A DNA stretch of 64,000 bases from Betaproteobacteria bacterium (GCA_947482825.1 CANKMT010000002.1:5166-69165), one strand, 5' to 3'; counted from the first letter of the stretch, positions 19,106 to 29,413 are shown. The notes: a model not told the origin generated them from the sequence alone. Program-made: numbers and translations.

Positions 19106-20404
19106 GTGATCGAGGCGCTGATCGGGCTGGCGGCCATGATGGTGCTCGCGTTCCTGCGCATCCCCATGGCTCTCGCGATGGGCATCGTCGGGATCGTCGG
19201 CTATGCCTACATGCGCGATTGGAACTGGGCGGTGGCGTTCGCGACCGCGCAGACCAAGGTCTATGAAACCGGCCGCAACTACACGCTCTCGGTGGTGCCC
19301 CTGTTCATCCTCATGGGCAGTTTCGTGACCCGCGCGGGCATGTCGCAGGAACTGTTCCGCGCCGCGTACGCTTTCATCGGCCACCTGAAGGGCGGCCTCG
19401 CCATGGCCACCGTCATGGCGTGCGCCGGCTTCGGCGCGATCTGCGGCTCGTCGATCGCGACGGCCGCCACGATGGCCAAGGTCGCCTACCCGTCGATGAA
19501 AAAGCTGGGCTATTCGGACGCGCTGTCCACAGGCTCCATTGCCGCCGGTGGCACGCTCGGAATCCTGATCCCGCCCTCCACCATCATGGTGATCTACGGG
19601 ATCATCACGCAGACCAACATCGGCAAGCTGTTCGCCGCCGGCATCCTGCCCGGCATCCTCGCGACCTTCCTGCTCTGCCTCGCGGTCGCGTACTCCACCT
19701 GGCGCGACCCGAAAGCCGGCCCGCGCGGCGAGCGCTCCAGCTGGGCCGAGCGCTGGACGGCATTCAAGGGGGTGTGGGCGGTAGTCGCGCTGTTTGCGCT
19801 GGTGATGGGTGGCATCTACTTCGGCGTCTTCACCGCGACCGAGGGCGCGGCCATGGGCGCGGTAGGCGCGATGGTCTTCGCCTTCGCGCGCAAGGTGCTC
19901 ACCTGGAAATCGCTTTACGCCTCGCTCGTCGAGAGCGCCCGCACGACCTCGATGCTGTTCATGATCCTGATCGGCGCGCTGATGTTCGCGGAGTTCGTCA
20001 ACATCACCAGCATGCCCGGCGACCTCACCAAGTTCGTGTCGCGTTTCGAGCTGCACCCGATCGTGGTGGTCGCCGCGATCATGGTGATCTACGTGATCCT
20101 CGGCACGGCGATGGAAGAGCTTTCGATGATCCTGCTGACCCTGCCGGTGTTCTTCCCGATCATCGTGCACCTCGGGTTCGACCCGATCTGGTTCGGCATC
20201 CTCATCGTGGTCGTGGTCGAGATCGGACTCATCAGCCCGCCGGTGGGCATGAACCTCTTCGTGCTTTCCACGCTGCTGCCTCAAGTCCCGACGCGCACGG
20301 TGTTTCGCGGCGTCACGCCCTTCGTGGTCATGGACATCATCCGCCTTGCGATCCTGGTCGCCTTCCCGGCGATCTCGTTGTACCTGCCGAGCCTGATGAA
20401 GTAA
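19106..20404 (+). CDS. dctM: TRAP transporter large permease (DctM family)
   Basis: 432-aa polytopic membrane protein with DctM-like sequence throughout. Confidence 0.92.
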   Translation: MIEALIGLAAMMVLAFLRIPMALAMGIVGIVGYAYMRDWNWAVAFATAQTKVYETGRNYTLSVVPLFILMGSFVTRAGMSQELFRAAYAFIGHLKGGLAMATVMACAGFGAICGSSIATAATMAKVAYPSMKKLGYSDALSTGSIAAGGTLGILIPPSTIMVIYGIITQTNIGKLFAAGILPGILATFLLCLAVAYSTWRDPKAGPRGERSSWAERWTAFKGVWAVVALFALVMGGIYFGVFTATEGAAMGAVGAMVFAFARKVLTWKSLYASLVESARTTSMLFMILIGALMFAEFVNITSMPGDLTKFVSRFELHPIVVVAAIMVIYVILGTAMEELSMILLTLPVFFPIIVHLGFDPIWFGILIVVVVEIGLISPPVGMNLFVLSTLLPQVPTRTVFRGVTPFVVMDIIRLAILVAFPAISLYLPSLMK

Positions 20405-20432
20405 CCGCAGGAAGTAACCCACGGAGGTTCCC

Positions 20433-21401
20433 ATGCGTACCGCAGCAACCCTAGCCAGCGTCCTCTTCACCGCGCTTTCGCTTGCCCCGGACCTCCATGC
20501 GCAGTCCTATCCGAACCGGCCGATCAAGCTCATCGTGCCGTATTCGGCCGGCACGACCACCGACGTGCTCGGCCGGCTCTATGGGTTGAAGCTCGGTGAA
20601 GCGCTGAAGCAGCCGATCGTTATCGAGAACCGTGCGGGCGCGGGCGGAAACATCGCCGGAGAAGCGGTCGCGCGAGCGGCTGCCGACGGGTACACGATCA
20701 CGCTTTCGACCAGTGCGGTGCACTCCACCAATCCGGCGCTCTATGCCAAGCTGCCCTTCGACCCGATCAAGGATTTCAGCCACATCACCCTGCTCGCTTC
20801 GGCGCCCAACATGCTCGCCATCAGCCCATCGATTCCGGCGCGCACCATGGCCGAGCTGATCGCTTACGCGAAGGCCAATCCCGGCAAGCTCACCTACATT
20901 TCAGCCGGCTCGGGGACTTCGCCGCACATGGCCGGCGAACTGCTGAGGTCGATGGCGGGCATCGACATCGTCCATGTGCCCTACAAGAACATCACGCAGG
21001 GGTTTGCCGACCTGTTCGGCGGCCAGGTCTCGATGACTTTCTACCATGTGCCGGTGATCTACCCTCACGTGAAGGAGGGCAGGCTGCGCGCCCTCGGCGT
21101 CGCCACACGGGAACGCAGCGCGCTCGCGCCCGAGGTGCCGCCGATCGCGGAGACTCTGCCCGGCTTCGAGATCCGTCCGTGGTGGGGCGTGAGCGGACCG
21201 GCGGGCTTGCCGCAGGAGGTTGTCCAGAAGCTCTATGGCGCCACAACGTCGATCCTCCAGGACGCCGACACCCGCCAGCGCTTCACCACTGCCGGACTCG
21301 AAATCTCGTTGATGTCCGTAAAGGAGTTCAACGATTTCACCATCACAGAGCTCGCAAAGTGGTCGAAGCTCGTCAAGGATTCCGGCGCCAAGGTCGATTG
21401 A
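20433..21401 (+). CDS. Bug/TctC-family substrate-binding protein
   Basis: Signal peptide then AQSYPNRPIKLIVPYSAGTTTDVLGR. Confidence 0.9.
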   Translation: MRTAATLASVLFTALSLAPDLHAQSYPNRPIKLIVPYSAGTTTDVLGRLYGLKLGEALKQPIVIENRAGAGGNIAGEAVARAAADGYTITLSTSAVHSTNPALYAKLPFDPIKDFSHITLLASAPNMLAISPSIPARTMAELIAYAKANPGKLTYISAGSGTSPHMAGELLRSMAGIDIVHVPYKNITQGFADLFGGQVSMTFYHVPVIYPHVKEGRLRALGVATRERSALAPEVPPIAETLPGFEIRPWWGVSGPAGLPQEVVQKLYGATTSILQDADTRQRFTTAGLEISLMSVKEFNDFTITELAKWSKLVKDSGAKVD

Positions 21402-21426
21402 CGCTCGCTCAAGGAAGAGGAAGAAC

Positions 21427-22590
21427 ATGAGAAACATCACACACGCCGTCATTGCCGCCGGCGCATGCGTCGCGCTTCACTCGCCGATGGCGAATTCGCA
21501 GCAGGCACAAGGCGTCAGCAAGACCGAGATCCGCATCGGCACGATCCAGGACCTGAGCGGGCCGCTCGCGCTCTACGGAAAGAACATCCGCAACGGCCTG
21601 CAGATGCGCCTCGAGGAGGCCAACGAAGCCGGCGGGGTGCATGGGCGCAAGTTCAAGCTGCTGGTCGAGGACTCGGGCTAAGACCCAAAGAAAGGCATGC
21701 TCGCGGGAACCAAGCTCGTCTCCTCCGAAAAGGTATTTGCGGTGGTGGGCACGATCGGCACGCCGGTCATGCAGGCGACCATGCCGATGATCCTCGACAA
21801 GGGCGTGTTCCACCTGTTCCCGCTTGCCGCTGCGCGCGAATCTTTCGAGCCGCTGCACCCGCTCAAGTTCGCGTTCTTTGCGCCCTATTACGACGCCATG
21901 CGCGCGGGCGTCAAGCACATGGTGCGCGAGAAGGGTTACAAACGGGTCGGCCTCCTGGTGCAGGACGACGACTTCGGCAGCGAGCTCGCCGCCGGCGCCG
22001 AGACCGGCCTCAAGGAAATGAACATGACCGTCGCCGAAAAAGTCACCTACAAGCGGGGGGCGACCGATTTTTCTTCGCAGGTGCAGCGCCTGAAAGCGGC
22101 AAATGTGGACTTCGTGGTCCTCGGCACGGCATTGCGCGAAACGGTCGGCTCGATGGTCGAGGCGCGCAAACTCGGCTGGAACGTCGACATGATGTGCTCG
22201 CAGGCGTCCACCACTTCGATCGTGGCGCGGCTCGGCGGCAAGGCCGTCGAGGGCCTGTACGGCACGCCGCAGTTCCCGCCCGACCCGGCCAACGCCCAGT
22301 ACGCGCGCTGGGTGGAGGACTACAAGAAGCGCTTCGGCCCGGAGTTCGACACATCGGCCGTCGCCGGGTATATCGCGGGAGACCTGCTGATTCGCGGGCT
22401 GGAAAACGCCGGGCCAAACCTGACCCTCGCTTCCATGACCGCCGGCCTTGAAGGCGTCAAGACGACACGCGATTTCTTCGAGACCTCGGGCTTCCAGTTC
22501 CCGAAGACCAGCCACATCGGCAGCCGGAACGTGCGCCTCGCGCAGATCCGCGGCGGCAAGTGGACGGTGATTTCGGACTACCTCGAGTAG
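21427..22590 (+). pseudogene. LIV-type (branched-chain amino acid family) ABC substrate-binding protein interrupted by one in-frame TAA
   Basis: ORFs 21427-21681 and 21697-22590 are in the same frame. The sequence reads ...KFKLLVEDSG-TAA-DPKKGMLAGTKLV. The stop at 21679-21681 sits where this family usually has Tyr (EDSGYDPKK). Confidence 0.8.
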
Positions 22591-23570
22591 GGTTTGGGCT
22601 GGGGTGCGCTGCGCTTGCCCATCGCCTCCATCGCCGCGCCAAGGATTCCCTTGGGCATGTAGATGATGAAGAGCACCAGCATCAAACCGTACACAGTCGA
22701 ATCCAGCGCGTGATACTTGTTGCCGAATCCCAGGCGCAGCCCTTCGGCGAGCAACAGCGTAAACGCAGCCCCCACCGTGGGCCCGAGCCGCACGTACATC
22801 CCGCCGGCGATCACCCCGAACACCATCTGCAGGCTGATGCCGATGCCGGAGACTGTCTCGGGGTTCACGTAGAGCTGGTACTGTGCATAAAGCGCGCCGC
22901 CGATGCAGGTCATCAGGGCCGAAATCATCGTCACGCCGAGCTTGAGCCGGGTCACGTTGATGCCGATCGAGGCTGAAGCATCCTCCTCCTGGCTGATGGC
23001 CTCGAGGGCCAGGCGCCCCATGCTCTCATCGACCTTCTTCCAGACCCAAAGTCCGAGGAGCCAGAACACGAGGATGACGTAGAACCAAACGATCTTGTTG
23101 GAGAATTGCAGCGCCCCGAGCGACCACGAGGTCTCGGCCAGCGCCGTCTTGGGCGTGGCGCCGAGCGACCCGCCGGTCTGGTCGCGCAGCGCGACGATGA
23201 TGAGGCGCGTGACTTCCGACAACGCGAGCGTCACCAGCGCGAAATAGTGACCGACGATCTTGTACCGGAAGCACGGGTAGCCGATCAGAAAAGCGACGAT
23301 TGCGGTGAGCGCCAGCGCAATCGGCACGCCGAACCACGGCGACAGCCCATAGCTGTTCCACCCCATCACCACGACGTAGGCGCCGATGCCGAGGAACGCC
23401 CCGTGCCCGAAGCTCACCATGCCCAGGCGCCCCATGATCGACCAGCTCGTGTACACATAGCCCCACAACAGCACCATGATGAGCAGGTGCAGCGGGTAAT
23501 TGCCGATCCCCATGAGCGGCACGAGCGCAAGCACCGCCAGCGCAATAAATGGGGCCAGGCTCGATTTCAT
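22578..23570 (-). CDS. livM: Branched-chain amino acid ABC transporter permease (LivM type)
   Basis: 330-aa polytopic protein, last gene of the SBP-G-F-H-M operon. Confidence 0.9.
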   Translation of the reverse strand: MKSSLAPFIALAVLALVPLMGIGNYPLHLLIMVLLWGYVYTSWSIMGRLGMVSFGHGAFLGIGAYVVVMGWNSYGLSPWFGVPIALALTAIVAFLIGYPCFRYKIVGHYFALVTLALSEVTRLIIVALRDQTGGSLGATPKTALAETSWSLGALQFSNKIVWFYVILVFWLLGLWVWKKVDESMGRLALEAISQEEDASASIGINVTRLKLGVTMISALMTCIGGALYAQYQLYVNPETVSGIGISLQMVFGVIAGGMYVRLGPTVGAAFTLLLAEGLRLGFGNKYHALDSTVYGLMLVLFIIYMPKGILGAAMEAMGKRSAPQPKPYSR

Positions 23571-23594
23571 GGAGAACGCATCACTTTGTGCGCA

Positions 23595-24461
23595 TCATTT
23601 TGTGAAGAGCCCCTGCGGGCGCCAGAACATCATGCCGATGAAGAACAGGAACGCGATCACGTAGCCCCATTCGATCGCGAAGAAGAACCCGCCGACCGAG
23701 ATGAACTGCGCGAAGATGAACGCCGCGATGAACCCGCCGACCATGTTGCCCAGGCCCCCGAGCACGCAGATCAGGAACGTGATCGGGCCGAACGACAGGC
23801 CGATCGCCGGGTGGATGTCGTACTGCAGGACCAGCAGGCACGCGCCCAGCCCCGCCAGCCCGCCGCCGAGGGCCGAAGTGACGAGAAAGATGCGATTCGG
23901 GTTCACGCCCATGAGCGGCATGATCGTGCGGTCCTGGCTGATGGCGCGGATCGCTGTGCCGATGTAGGTGCGCGTGAGGAAGAGGTACATCCCGAGCATG
24001 CCGGCCAGCGCGGTGACGAAAGCGATCAGGCGCGGCATCGAGAACGAGATGTCGCCGACCACGATCGGCGGGAAGGTGACGCCGAGGTTCTTGAACTCGA
24101 TGCCGAACGCGAGCGTGGCCGCCGCCTGCAGGAAAAAGAGCACGCCTCCCGTGACCAGGAGTTGGTTGATCGGCTCGGCCGCAAGCACTGGCCGGATCAC
24201 AAAGTAGTGCAATGCGGCACCGGCCATGGCCACGATCAGGATGCCCATGAGCATCGCCAGCAATAGCGGCCAACCGAAGACGACGTGGAAGTAGTACACC
24301 GCGTACATCCCGACCATGATCAGCTCGGCATAGCAGATCCAGACCACGTCGATCACGCCGAAGATGAGATTGAGTCCGAGCGAAAGCAGCGCCAGCAGCC
24401 CGCCGAGCAATAGGCCGTTGAGCACCGATTCGAGCAAAAAAATATCGAAGACTTCGCTCAT
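23595..24461 (-). CDS. livH: Branched-chain amino acid ABC transporter permease (LivH type)
   Basis: Internal ATG MSEVFDIFLLESVLNGLLLGG. ATGA overlap with the upstream ATPase gene. Confidence 0.9.
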   Translation of the reverse strand: MSEVFDIFLLESVLNGLLLGGLLALLSLGLNLIFGVIDVVWICYAELIMVGMYAVYYFHVVFGWPLLLAMLMGILIVAMAGAALHYFVIRPVLAAEPINQLLVTGGVLFFLQAAATLAFGIEFKNLGVTFPPIVVGDISFSMPRLIAFVTALAGMLGMYLFLTRTYIGTAIRAISQDRTIMPLMGVNPNRIFLVTSALGGGLAGLGACLLVLQYDIHPAIGLSFGPITFLICVLGGLGNMVGGFIAAFIFAQFISVGGFFFAIEWGYVIAFLFFIGMMFWRPQGLFTK

Positions 24462-25189
24462 CAGATCCCCAAATAGGCTTTGCGGATTTCGTCGGAGGCG
24501 AGCAATTGCGCCGAAGGCCCGCTTTGCTTGATGCGCCCGGTCTCGAGCAGGTAGGCGCGGTCGACGACTTTCAGCACCTGGCGGATGTTCTGCTCGACGA
24601 TCAGCACCGTATAGCCCTCGGCACAGATGCGCTTGACCATCTCGAAGATCGACTGCACCACCACCGGCGCAAGGCCCGCGGAAGGCTCGTCCAGCAGCAG
24701 CAGCTTGGGGCCGGACATCAGCGCGCGACCGATCGCGCACATCTGCTGCTCGCCGCCGGAGAGCGTGCCGGCAAGCTGGCCGCTGCGCTCTTTCATGCGT
24801 GGAAAAAGGGAGTACACGTAGGCGAGGCGCTCGTCGTGCCTGGCTCTCGCCGACGGAAGGAACCCGCCCATCTTGAGGTTCTCGGCGACGGTGAGGCGGG
24901 GAAACAGGCGCCGGTTCTCCGGCACCTGCGCGATGCCATAGCCGATCACCTCGTGGGCCGGAACGCTCTTGAGCGAGCGACCCTCCATGGCAATGTCGCC
25001 GCCGGTGACGCCGATCAGCTTGGAGATCGCGCGCAGCAGCGTGGTCTTTCCGGCCCCGTTCGGGCCGATCACTGCGACCGATTCGCCCGCGTTCACTTCG
25101 AGGCTCACGCCGAACAGCGCCTGGAACCCGTCGTAGCCCGCGCTGACGTCCTCGACGCGGAGCATCGCATTGCCTGCTGCGTCGCTCAT
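24461..25189 (-). CDS. livF: ABC transporter ATP-binding protein (LivF type)
   Basis: Start at MSDAAGNAMLRVEDV. Walker A GPNGAGKTT, signature LSGGEQQM, Walker B LLLLDEPS. Confidence 0.92.
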   Translation of the reverse strand: MSDAAGNAMLRVEDVSAGYDGFQALFGVSLEVNAGESVAVIGPNGAGKTTLLRAISKLIGVTGGDIAMEGRSLKSVPAHEVIGYGIAQVPENRRLFPRLTVAENLKMGGFLPSARARHDERLAYVYSLFPRMKERSGQLAGTLSGGEQQMCAIGRALMSGPKLLLLDEPSAGLAPVVVQSIFEMVKRICAEGYTVLIVEQNIRQVLKVVDRAYLLETGRIKQSGPSAQLLASDEIRKAYLGI

Positions 25190-25944
25190 GCCGCCCTCCC
25201 GGCCACGGCACGCTGGACTTCGTCTGCGTCGGTGCCGAGGTACACCTCGACCACCTTGGGATCGTGCGCGACCGACTCGGGCTTGCCTTCGGCGATGACT
25301 TCGCCGTGGTCGAGCACCACGCATCGGTCCACCACGCGCATCAGCACGCCCATGATGTGCTCGACCCAGATGATGGTCACGCCGCGCTTGTCGCGGATCA
25401 TGGCGAGCATGTCGGCGGCCTGGTTCATTTCGGATTCGTCGAGGCCGCCGAGACTCTCGTCGGCGAGGAGGAGTTTCGGCTGCGTGGCAAGGGCGCGCGC
25501 GAGTTCGAGCTTCTTCAAGCCCGCTGCGCCCAGGCCATCGACGCGTGCGCTTTCTTCCGAGGGCAGGTTAACCAGCGCCAACGCCTCTTTTGCCTGAGCC
25601 CAGGCCCTCTCGCGGGTCGGCCGCTCCGCCTGACCGTAGTACGCGGCCAGCGCGACGTTTTCCATCAGCGAGAGTTTCCTGAACGGGCGCGGGATCTGGT
25701 AAGTGCGCGCTATGCCGAGGTGCGCAACTTTGCTCGCGTGCGTGCCGGCGACCTCGCGGCCGAGAAACCGGATGGACCCTTCGCTCGGCGCCAGGGCACC
25801 GGCGATCAGGTTGAAGGTCGTGCTCTTGCCCGAGCCGTTGGGCCCGATCAGGCCGAGGATCTCGCCCTCGGCCAGCTCGAACGAAATGCGGTTGACGGCG
25901 GTGAAGCCGCCGAACGTCTTGCTCAGGCCGTTGACGCTCAGCAC
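25186..25944 (-). CDS. livG: ABC transporter ATP-binding protein (LivG type)
   Basis: GPNGSGKST Walker A, LLLADESLGGLD Walker B, LivG-type C-terminal tail. Confidence 0.92.
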   Translation of the reverse strand: MLSVNGLSKTFGGFTAVNRISFELAEGEILGLIGPNGSGKSTTFNLIAGALAPSEGSIRFLGREVAGTHASKVAHLGIARTYQIPRPFRKLSLMENVALAAYYGQAERPTRERAWAQAKEALALVNLPSEESARVDGLGAAGLKKLELARALATQPKLLLADESLGGLDESEMNQAADMLAMIRDKRGVTIIWVEHIMGVLMRVVDRCVVLDHGEVIAEGKPESVAHDPKVVEVYLGTDADEVQRAVAGRAA

Positions 25945-25971
25945 CCCGTCGTCACCCTTCGGCGGCGCCGC

Positions 25972-27294
25972 TCAGCGCGCGTAGGTATGACCCTTGGGAA
26001 GGGGCAGTACCGGGTCGGCGGTCTTGATCGCTGCCGGCCAGACGATCTTGGTGTCACCGCCGATGTACTGCATGACCACCGGCGAGGAGCGCTCGTTCTG
26101 GCCGGACATCGGCGTGCCGGGCGGGAAGAACTTCACGCCATAACCCTGGATCGTGCCGCCGACCGGAATGTCGGTTTCCAAGGACGCCTTGCGCAGCGCC
26201 TCCGGGTCGATGCCGCCGTACTTCTTGATCGCGCGCGGGATCACGTCGGTAAACAGGATCCATGACTGGTTAAAACCCATCGACACGTGCGGCGGGATCT
26301 CGTCGACCTTGCGGTCCTTGATCTCGGCGGTGTAGCGCTTGATCATTTCCTTGGTGATGTCGCCCAAGCCCGGCTTGAGCGATTTCGGGTCGAGCAGCTG
26401 GGCGGCGACCGGGTCGACGTTGTAGATGAATTCGGCGTCCTTGCCGAACGCCTCGCGCAGCTTGTCGTATTGCCCGTAGCCGGCGCCGTGGCCGATCAGC
26501 GCCGACCATTTGAGACCCTGCTCCTTCGCCTGGCGCCAGAAGAGCGTGATGTCCGGGTTATAGCCGGTGTGCAGGATCACGTCGGGCTGCGCGCGGCGCA
26601 GCTTGGTGATCAGGCTCGAGAGGTCGGGCGAGGTGGCCGCGTAACCCTCCTTGAGCACCATGTTCATGCCGAGCGACTTGCACTTGGCTTCGTTGCCGCT
26701 CGCAACACCGGCACCGTACGGGCCGTCCTCGTAGATCACCGCGACCTTGAGGTCCTTGGCCTCCTTGCCGAGCTTCGCCTTGGCGTTCTCCTGCAGGAAC
26801 GTGCACGAGGCCTCGCCGAACTGGTCCGAATGCACCTGCGGGCGGAACACGTACTGGAGCTTCTTGTCCTTGAGCACCGCCGAAGCCACGCAGACGTTGG
26901 CCCAGAAGAACTTCTTCCTCGCGTCCATCTGTTGCGCCATCGGCACGCAGTGCGCCGAGGAGAACACGCCCATTACGATGTCGACCTTTTCCTGGTCGAG
27001 GAGGCGGGTCATCTCGTTGATCGCCACCTCGGCCTTGGATTGCGCATCCGCATAGGTGGCCTTGAGCTTGTAGCCTTCGATCCCGCCGCGCTCGTTGATC
27101 ATGTCGATCGCGGCCTTGGTGCCGATGCCCGCGGCCGCCGAGCCGCCGGCGGCGAACGCGCCGGTGTAGTCGTAGATCACGCCGAGCTTGATTTCCTTCT
27201 GCTGGGCGTGGGCGAACGACGCGAAGCCGACCGCTGCGATGGCCGCGACGAGTGCGCGGGCGCAAAAACGCCCGCAAGTGTCCCGATGGTTCAT
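25972..27294 (-). CDS. LIV-type ABC transporter substrate-binding protein
   Basis: Internal ATG MNHRDTCGRF... signal peptide ...FAHAQQKEIKLGVIYDYTGAFAAGGS. First gene of the operon. Confidence 0.88.
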   Translation of the reverse strand: MNHRDTCGRFCARALVAAIAAVGFASFAHAQQKEIKLGVIYDYTGAFAAGGSAAAGIGTKAAIDMINERGGIEGYKLKATYADAQSKAEVAINEMTRLLDQEKVDIVMGVFSSAHCVPMAQQMDARKKFFWANVCVASAVLKDKKLQYVFRPQVHSDQFGEASCTFLQENAKAKLGKEAKDLKVAVIYEDGPYGAGVASGNEAKCKSLGMNMVLKEGYAATSPDLSSLITKLRRAQPDVILHTGYNPDITLFWRQAKEQGLKWSALIGHGAGYGQYDKLREAFGKDAEFIYNVDPVAAQLLDPKSLKPGLGDITKEMIKRYTAEIKDRKVDEIPPHVSMGFNQSWILFTDVIPRAIKKYGGIDPEALRKASLETDIPVGGTIQGYGVKFFPPGTPMSGQNERSSPVVMQYIGGDTKIVWPAAIKTADPVLPLPKGHTYAR

Positions 27295-27381
27295 ACGATT
27301 CTCCTCTGGTGGTGCTGCTTGTGGGCCGAACGCGGTTTTCTTATTGTGCCGGCAGTGTTTCAAAGGCGGGGGCGGGTGTCA

Positions 27382-27411
27382 ACAAAGCGATGGTCCACAA
27401 AGCGATGGTCC
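27382..27411. repeat. Perfect 15-bp tandem direct repeat (ACAAAGCGATGGTCC x2) upstream of the LIV-type operon
   Basis: Read directly from the sequence. It lies about 90-115 nt upstream of the SBP start codon at 27294 (minus strand). Confidence 0.9.
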
Positions 27412-27427
27412 GCTTTCGAACGCGCAG

Positions 27428-27652
27428 TCATGCGGCTTTTTCGCTGTACTTGTATACCGGTGTCTCAACGACACGGTCCGGCTTTTGCCTGCCGAGGACC
27501 ACCTCTTGCAGACTGTCTACGGTAGAGGGGGCGAAGTACTGCTCCCCGGTCTCTTCATCGACGCGCGCAGGCACGTTCTCCACGACGAAAAAATGGCCTT
27601 CGTGCTCCAGCGTGTAGGTCACGCGTCGCTCCACCATGCGGCCTTCATTCAT
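27428..27652 (-). CDS. Hypothetical small protein resembling a YgiT/MqsA-type zinc-ribbon antitoxin domain but lacking all cysteines
   Basis: AAGGAGG lies 6 nt before ATG MNEGRMVERRVTYTLEHEGHFFVVENVPARVDEETGEQYFAPSTV. It aligns with the Cys-containing homolog at 41608-41856 (VTRSFGQGASLLVIERIPLWSCPHCGESYFTARTL). Confidence 0.5.
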   Translation of the reverse strand: MNEGRMVERRVTYTLEHEGHFFVVENVPARVDEETGEQYFAPSTVDSLQEVVLGRQKPDRVVETPVYKYSEKAA

Positions 27653-27820
27653 GTTGACCTCCTTACCTTGAAGTCGATCCATCGTTCAGGATCGGGCTCA
27701 TGGACTGCGGCGACCATTCGCACGATTCCTCCACTCCGCCTTCGCTGTCAAACCGTTGGAGCTGCTTGCCTGAATTAACAATACGTCCCAAAGCATCGAC
27801 TTGGCCGCTCGGACATCAGA

Positions 27821-29413
27821 TCAGCGGCGCGCATCCTCCAGCACCAGATCCGCCCCCTTCTCGGCAACCGCAATCGTCGCCGCATTCGTATTGCCGGAAA
27901 CCACCGAAGGCATGATCGAAGCATCGATCACACGCAGCCCGCCCAGCCCACGCACGCGCAGCGCCGGATCCACCACCGACCCCGTATCCGTCCCCATGCG
28001 GCAGGTCGAAGTGGGGTGGTACACCGTCTCTCCAGACTCGCGGCAGAACGCGAGCCAGTCGGCATCGCTTTTCACTGCCTCGCCCGGATACTCCTCTTTC
28101 ACGACGTAGGAACTCAGCGGCTTGGTGTTCACAAGGTCGCGCAAGTTCTTCAGGCCATCGACCATCATGCGGCGGTCGCCCTCGGTGTCGAGATAGTTGT
28201 ACTGGATCGCGGGCGCAGCCGCCGGGTCGGCCGAGCGGATTCGCACCCAGCCGCGCGATTCGGGCCGCAGCTGCGACAGCGAAACGGTGAACGCCGAGAA
28301 AGGATGCAGATTGCCGCCGCGCTTCTTCATAGAGAAATTGATGAAGTAGTACTGAGCGTCGGCCCTCGGCACATCAGGCCGCGTGCGAGTGAACACGCCG
28401 GCCAGTCCGGCGCTGATGGTGAGCGGCCCGCGCCGCCGCAGGAGGTAATCCAGCCCGATCCCCATCTTGCGCCAGAGGCTTTGCATGTCGTCGTTCAGCG
28501 TGATCGGCTTCGTGCAGCGCCAGAAGGTGCGTACATACAGGTGGTCCTGCATCGCGTCGCCGACGCCCGGCGCATCCAGCGTCATCGGGACCCCATGGCT
28601 CTCGAGCAACACCCGCGGCCCAACGCCCGAGAGCTGCAGCAACTGCGGCGAATTGATGGCGCCGCCGGCCAGGAGGACTTCGCGGGCGGCACGCGCCGTT
28701 TGCAACTTGCCGCCTTGCAGGAACTCGACGCCGACCGCGCGCGTGCCCTCGAACAGGACGCGTGTTGCGAGGGCCTCGGTCTCGACCCAGAGATTCCTGC
28801 GCTTGAGCGCCGGGCGAAGAAAGCCCACCGCAGTGCTGCACCGGCGTCCGTTGCGCGTCGTGGCCTGGAAATATCCAACCCCTTCCTGCGCGGCCCCGTT
28901 GAAGTCGTCGTTCTCCGGGATGCCGGACGCCTTGGCCGACGCGATGAAAGCGTCCGCGAGCTCGTTCCTGTCCGGCAGGTCGCCCACGGCCAGCGGCCCG
29001 CCTTCGCCATGCCACGGGTTCGCACCGCGCTGCTGGTCTTCGGACTTGATGAAATACGGCAGCAGGTCGTCATACTTCCAGCCGGGCACGCCCCACTCGT
29101 CGAAGTCCTCGGCCTGGCCGCGGATGTACACCAGGCCGTTGATCGAGGACGAGCCGCCGAGCACCTTGCCACGCGGCGTGAAGATCCTGCGGCCGTTGAG
29201 CCCGGGCTCGGGCTCGGACTCGTAGCTCCAGTTGGTCCGGGTCTTGGTGAAGAGCTTGCCGTAACCGAGCGGGATGTGGATCCAGGGATCGGTATCGCGC
29301 GGACCGGCCTCGAGCACCAGCACGTTGTGGCGGCCGTTGGCGGTCAGGCGGTTGGCGAGCACGCACCCTGCGGAGCCCGCGCCGACGATTACATAGTCAA
29401 AGGTAGCGTCCAT
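27821..29413 (-). CDS. GMC-family FAD oxidoreductase (second copy)
   Basis: 530 aa. FDYVIVGAGSAGCVLANRL and HPTSTCRMG...SGNTNAATIAVAEKGADLV. Confidence 0.93.
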   Translation of the reverse strand: MDATFDYVIVGAGSAGCVLANRLTANGRHNVLVLEAGPRDTDPWIHIPLGYGKLFTKTRTNWSYESEPEPGLNGRRIFTPRGKVLGGSSSINGLVYIRGQAEDFDEWGVPGWKYDDLLPYFIKSEDQQRGANPWHGEGGPLAVGDLPDRNELADAFIASAKASGIPENDDFNGAAQEGVGYFQATTRNGRRCSTAVGFLRPALKRRNLWVETEALATRVLFEGTRAVGVEFLQGGKLQTARAAREVLLAGGAINSPQLLQLSGVGPRVLLESHGVPMTLDAPGVGDAMQDHLYVRTFWRCTKPITLNDDMQSLWRKMGIGLDYLLRRRGPLTISAGLAGVFTRTRPDVPRADAQYYFINFSMKKRGGNLHPFSAFTVSLSQLRPESRGWVRIRSADPAAAPAIQYNYLDTEGDRRMMVDGLKNLRDLVNTKPLSSYVVKEEYPGEAVKSDADWLAFCRESGETVYHPTSTCRMGTDTGSVVDPALRVRGLGGLRVIDASIMPSVVSGNTNAATIAVAEKGADLVLEDARR

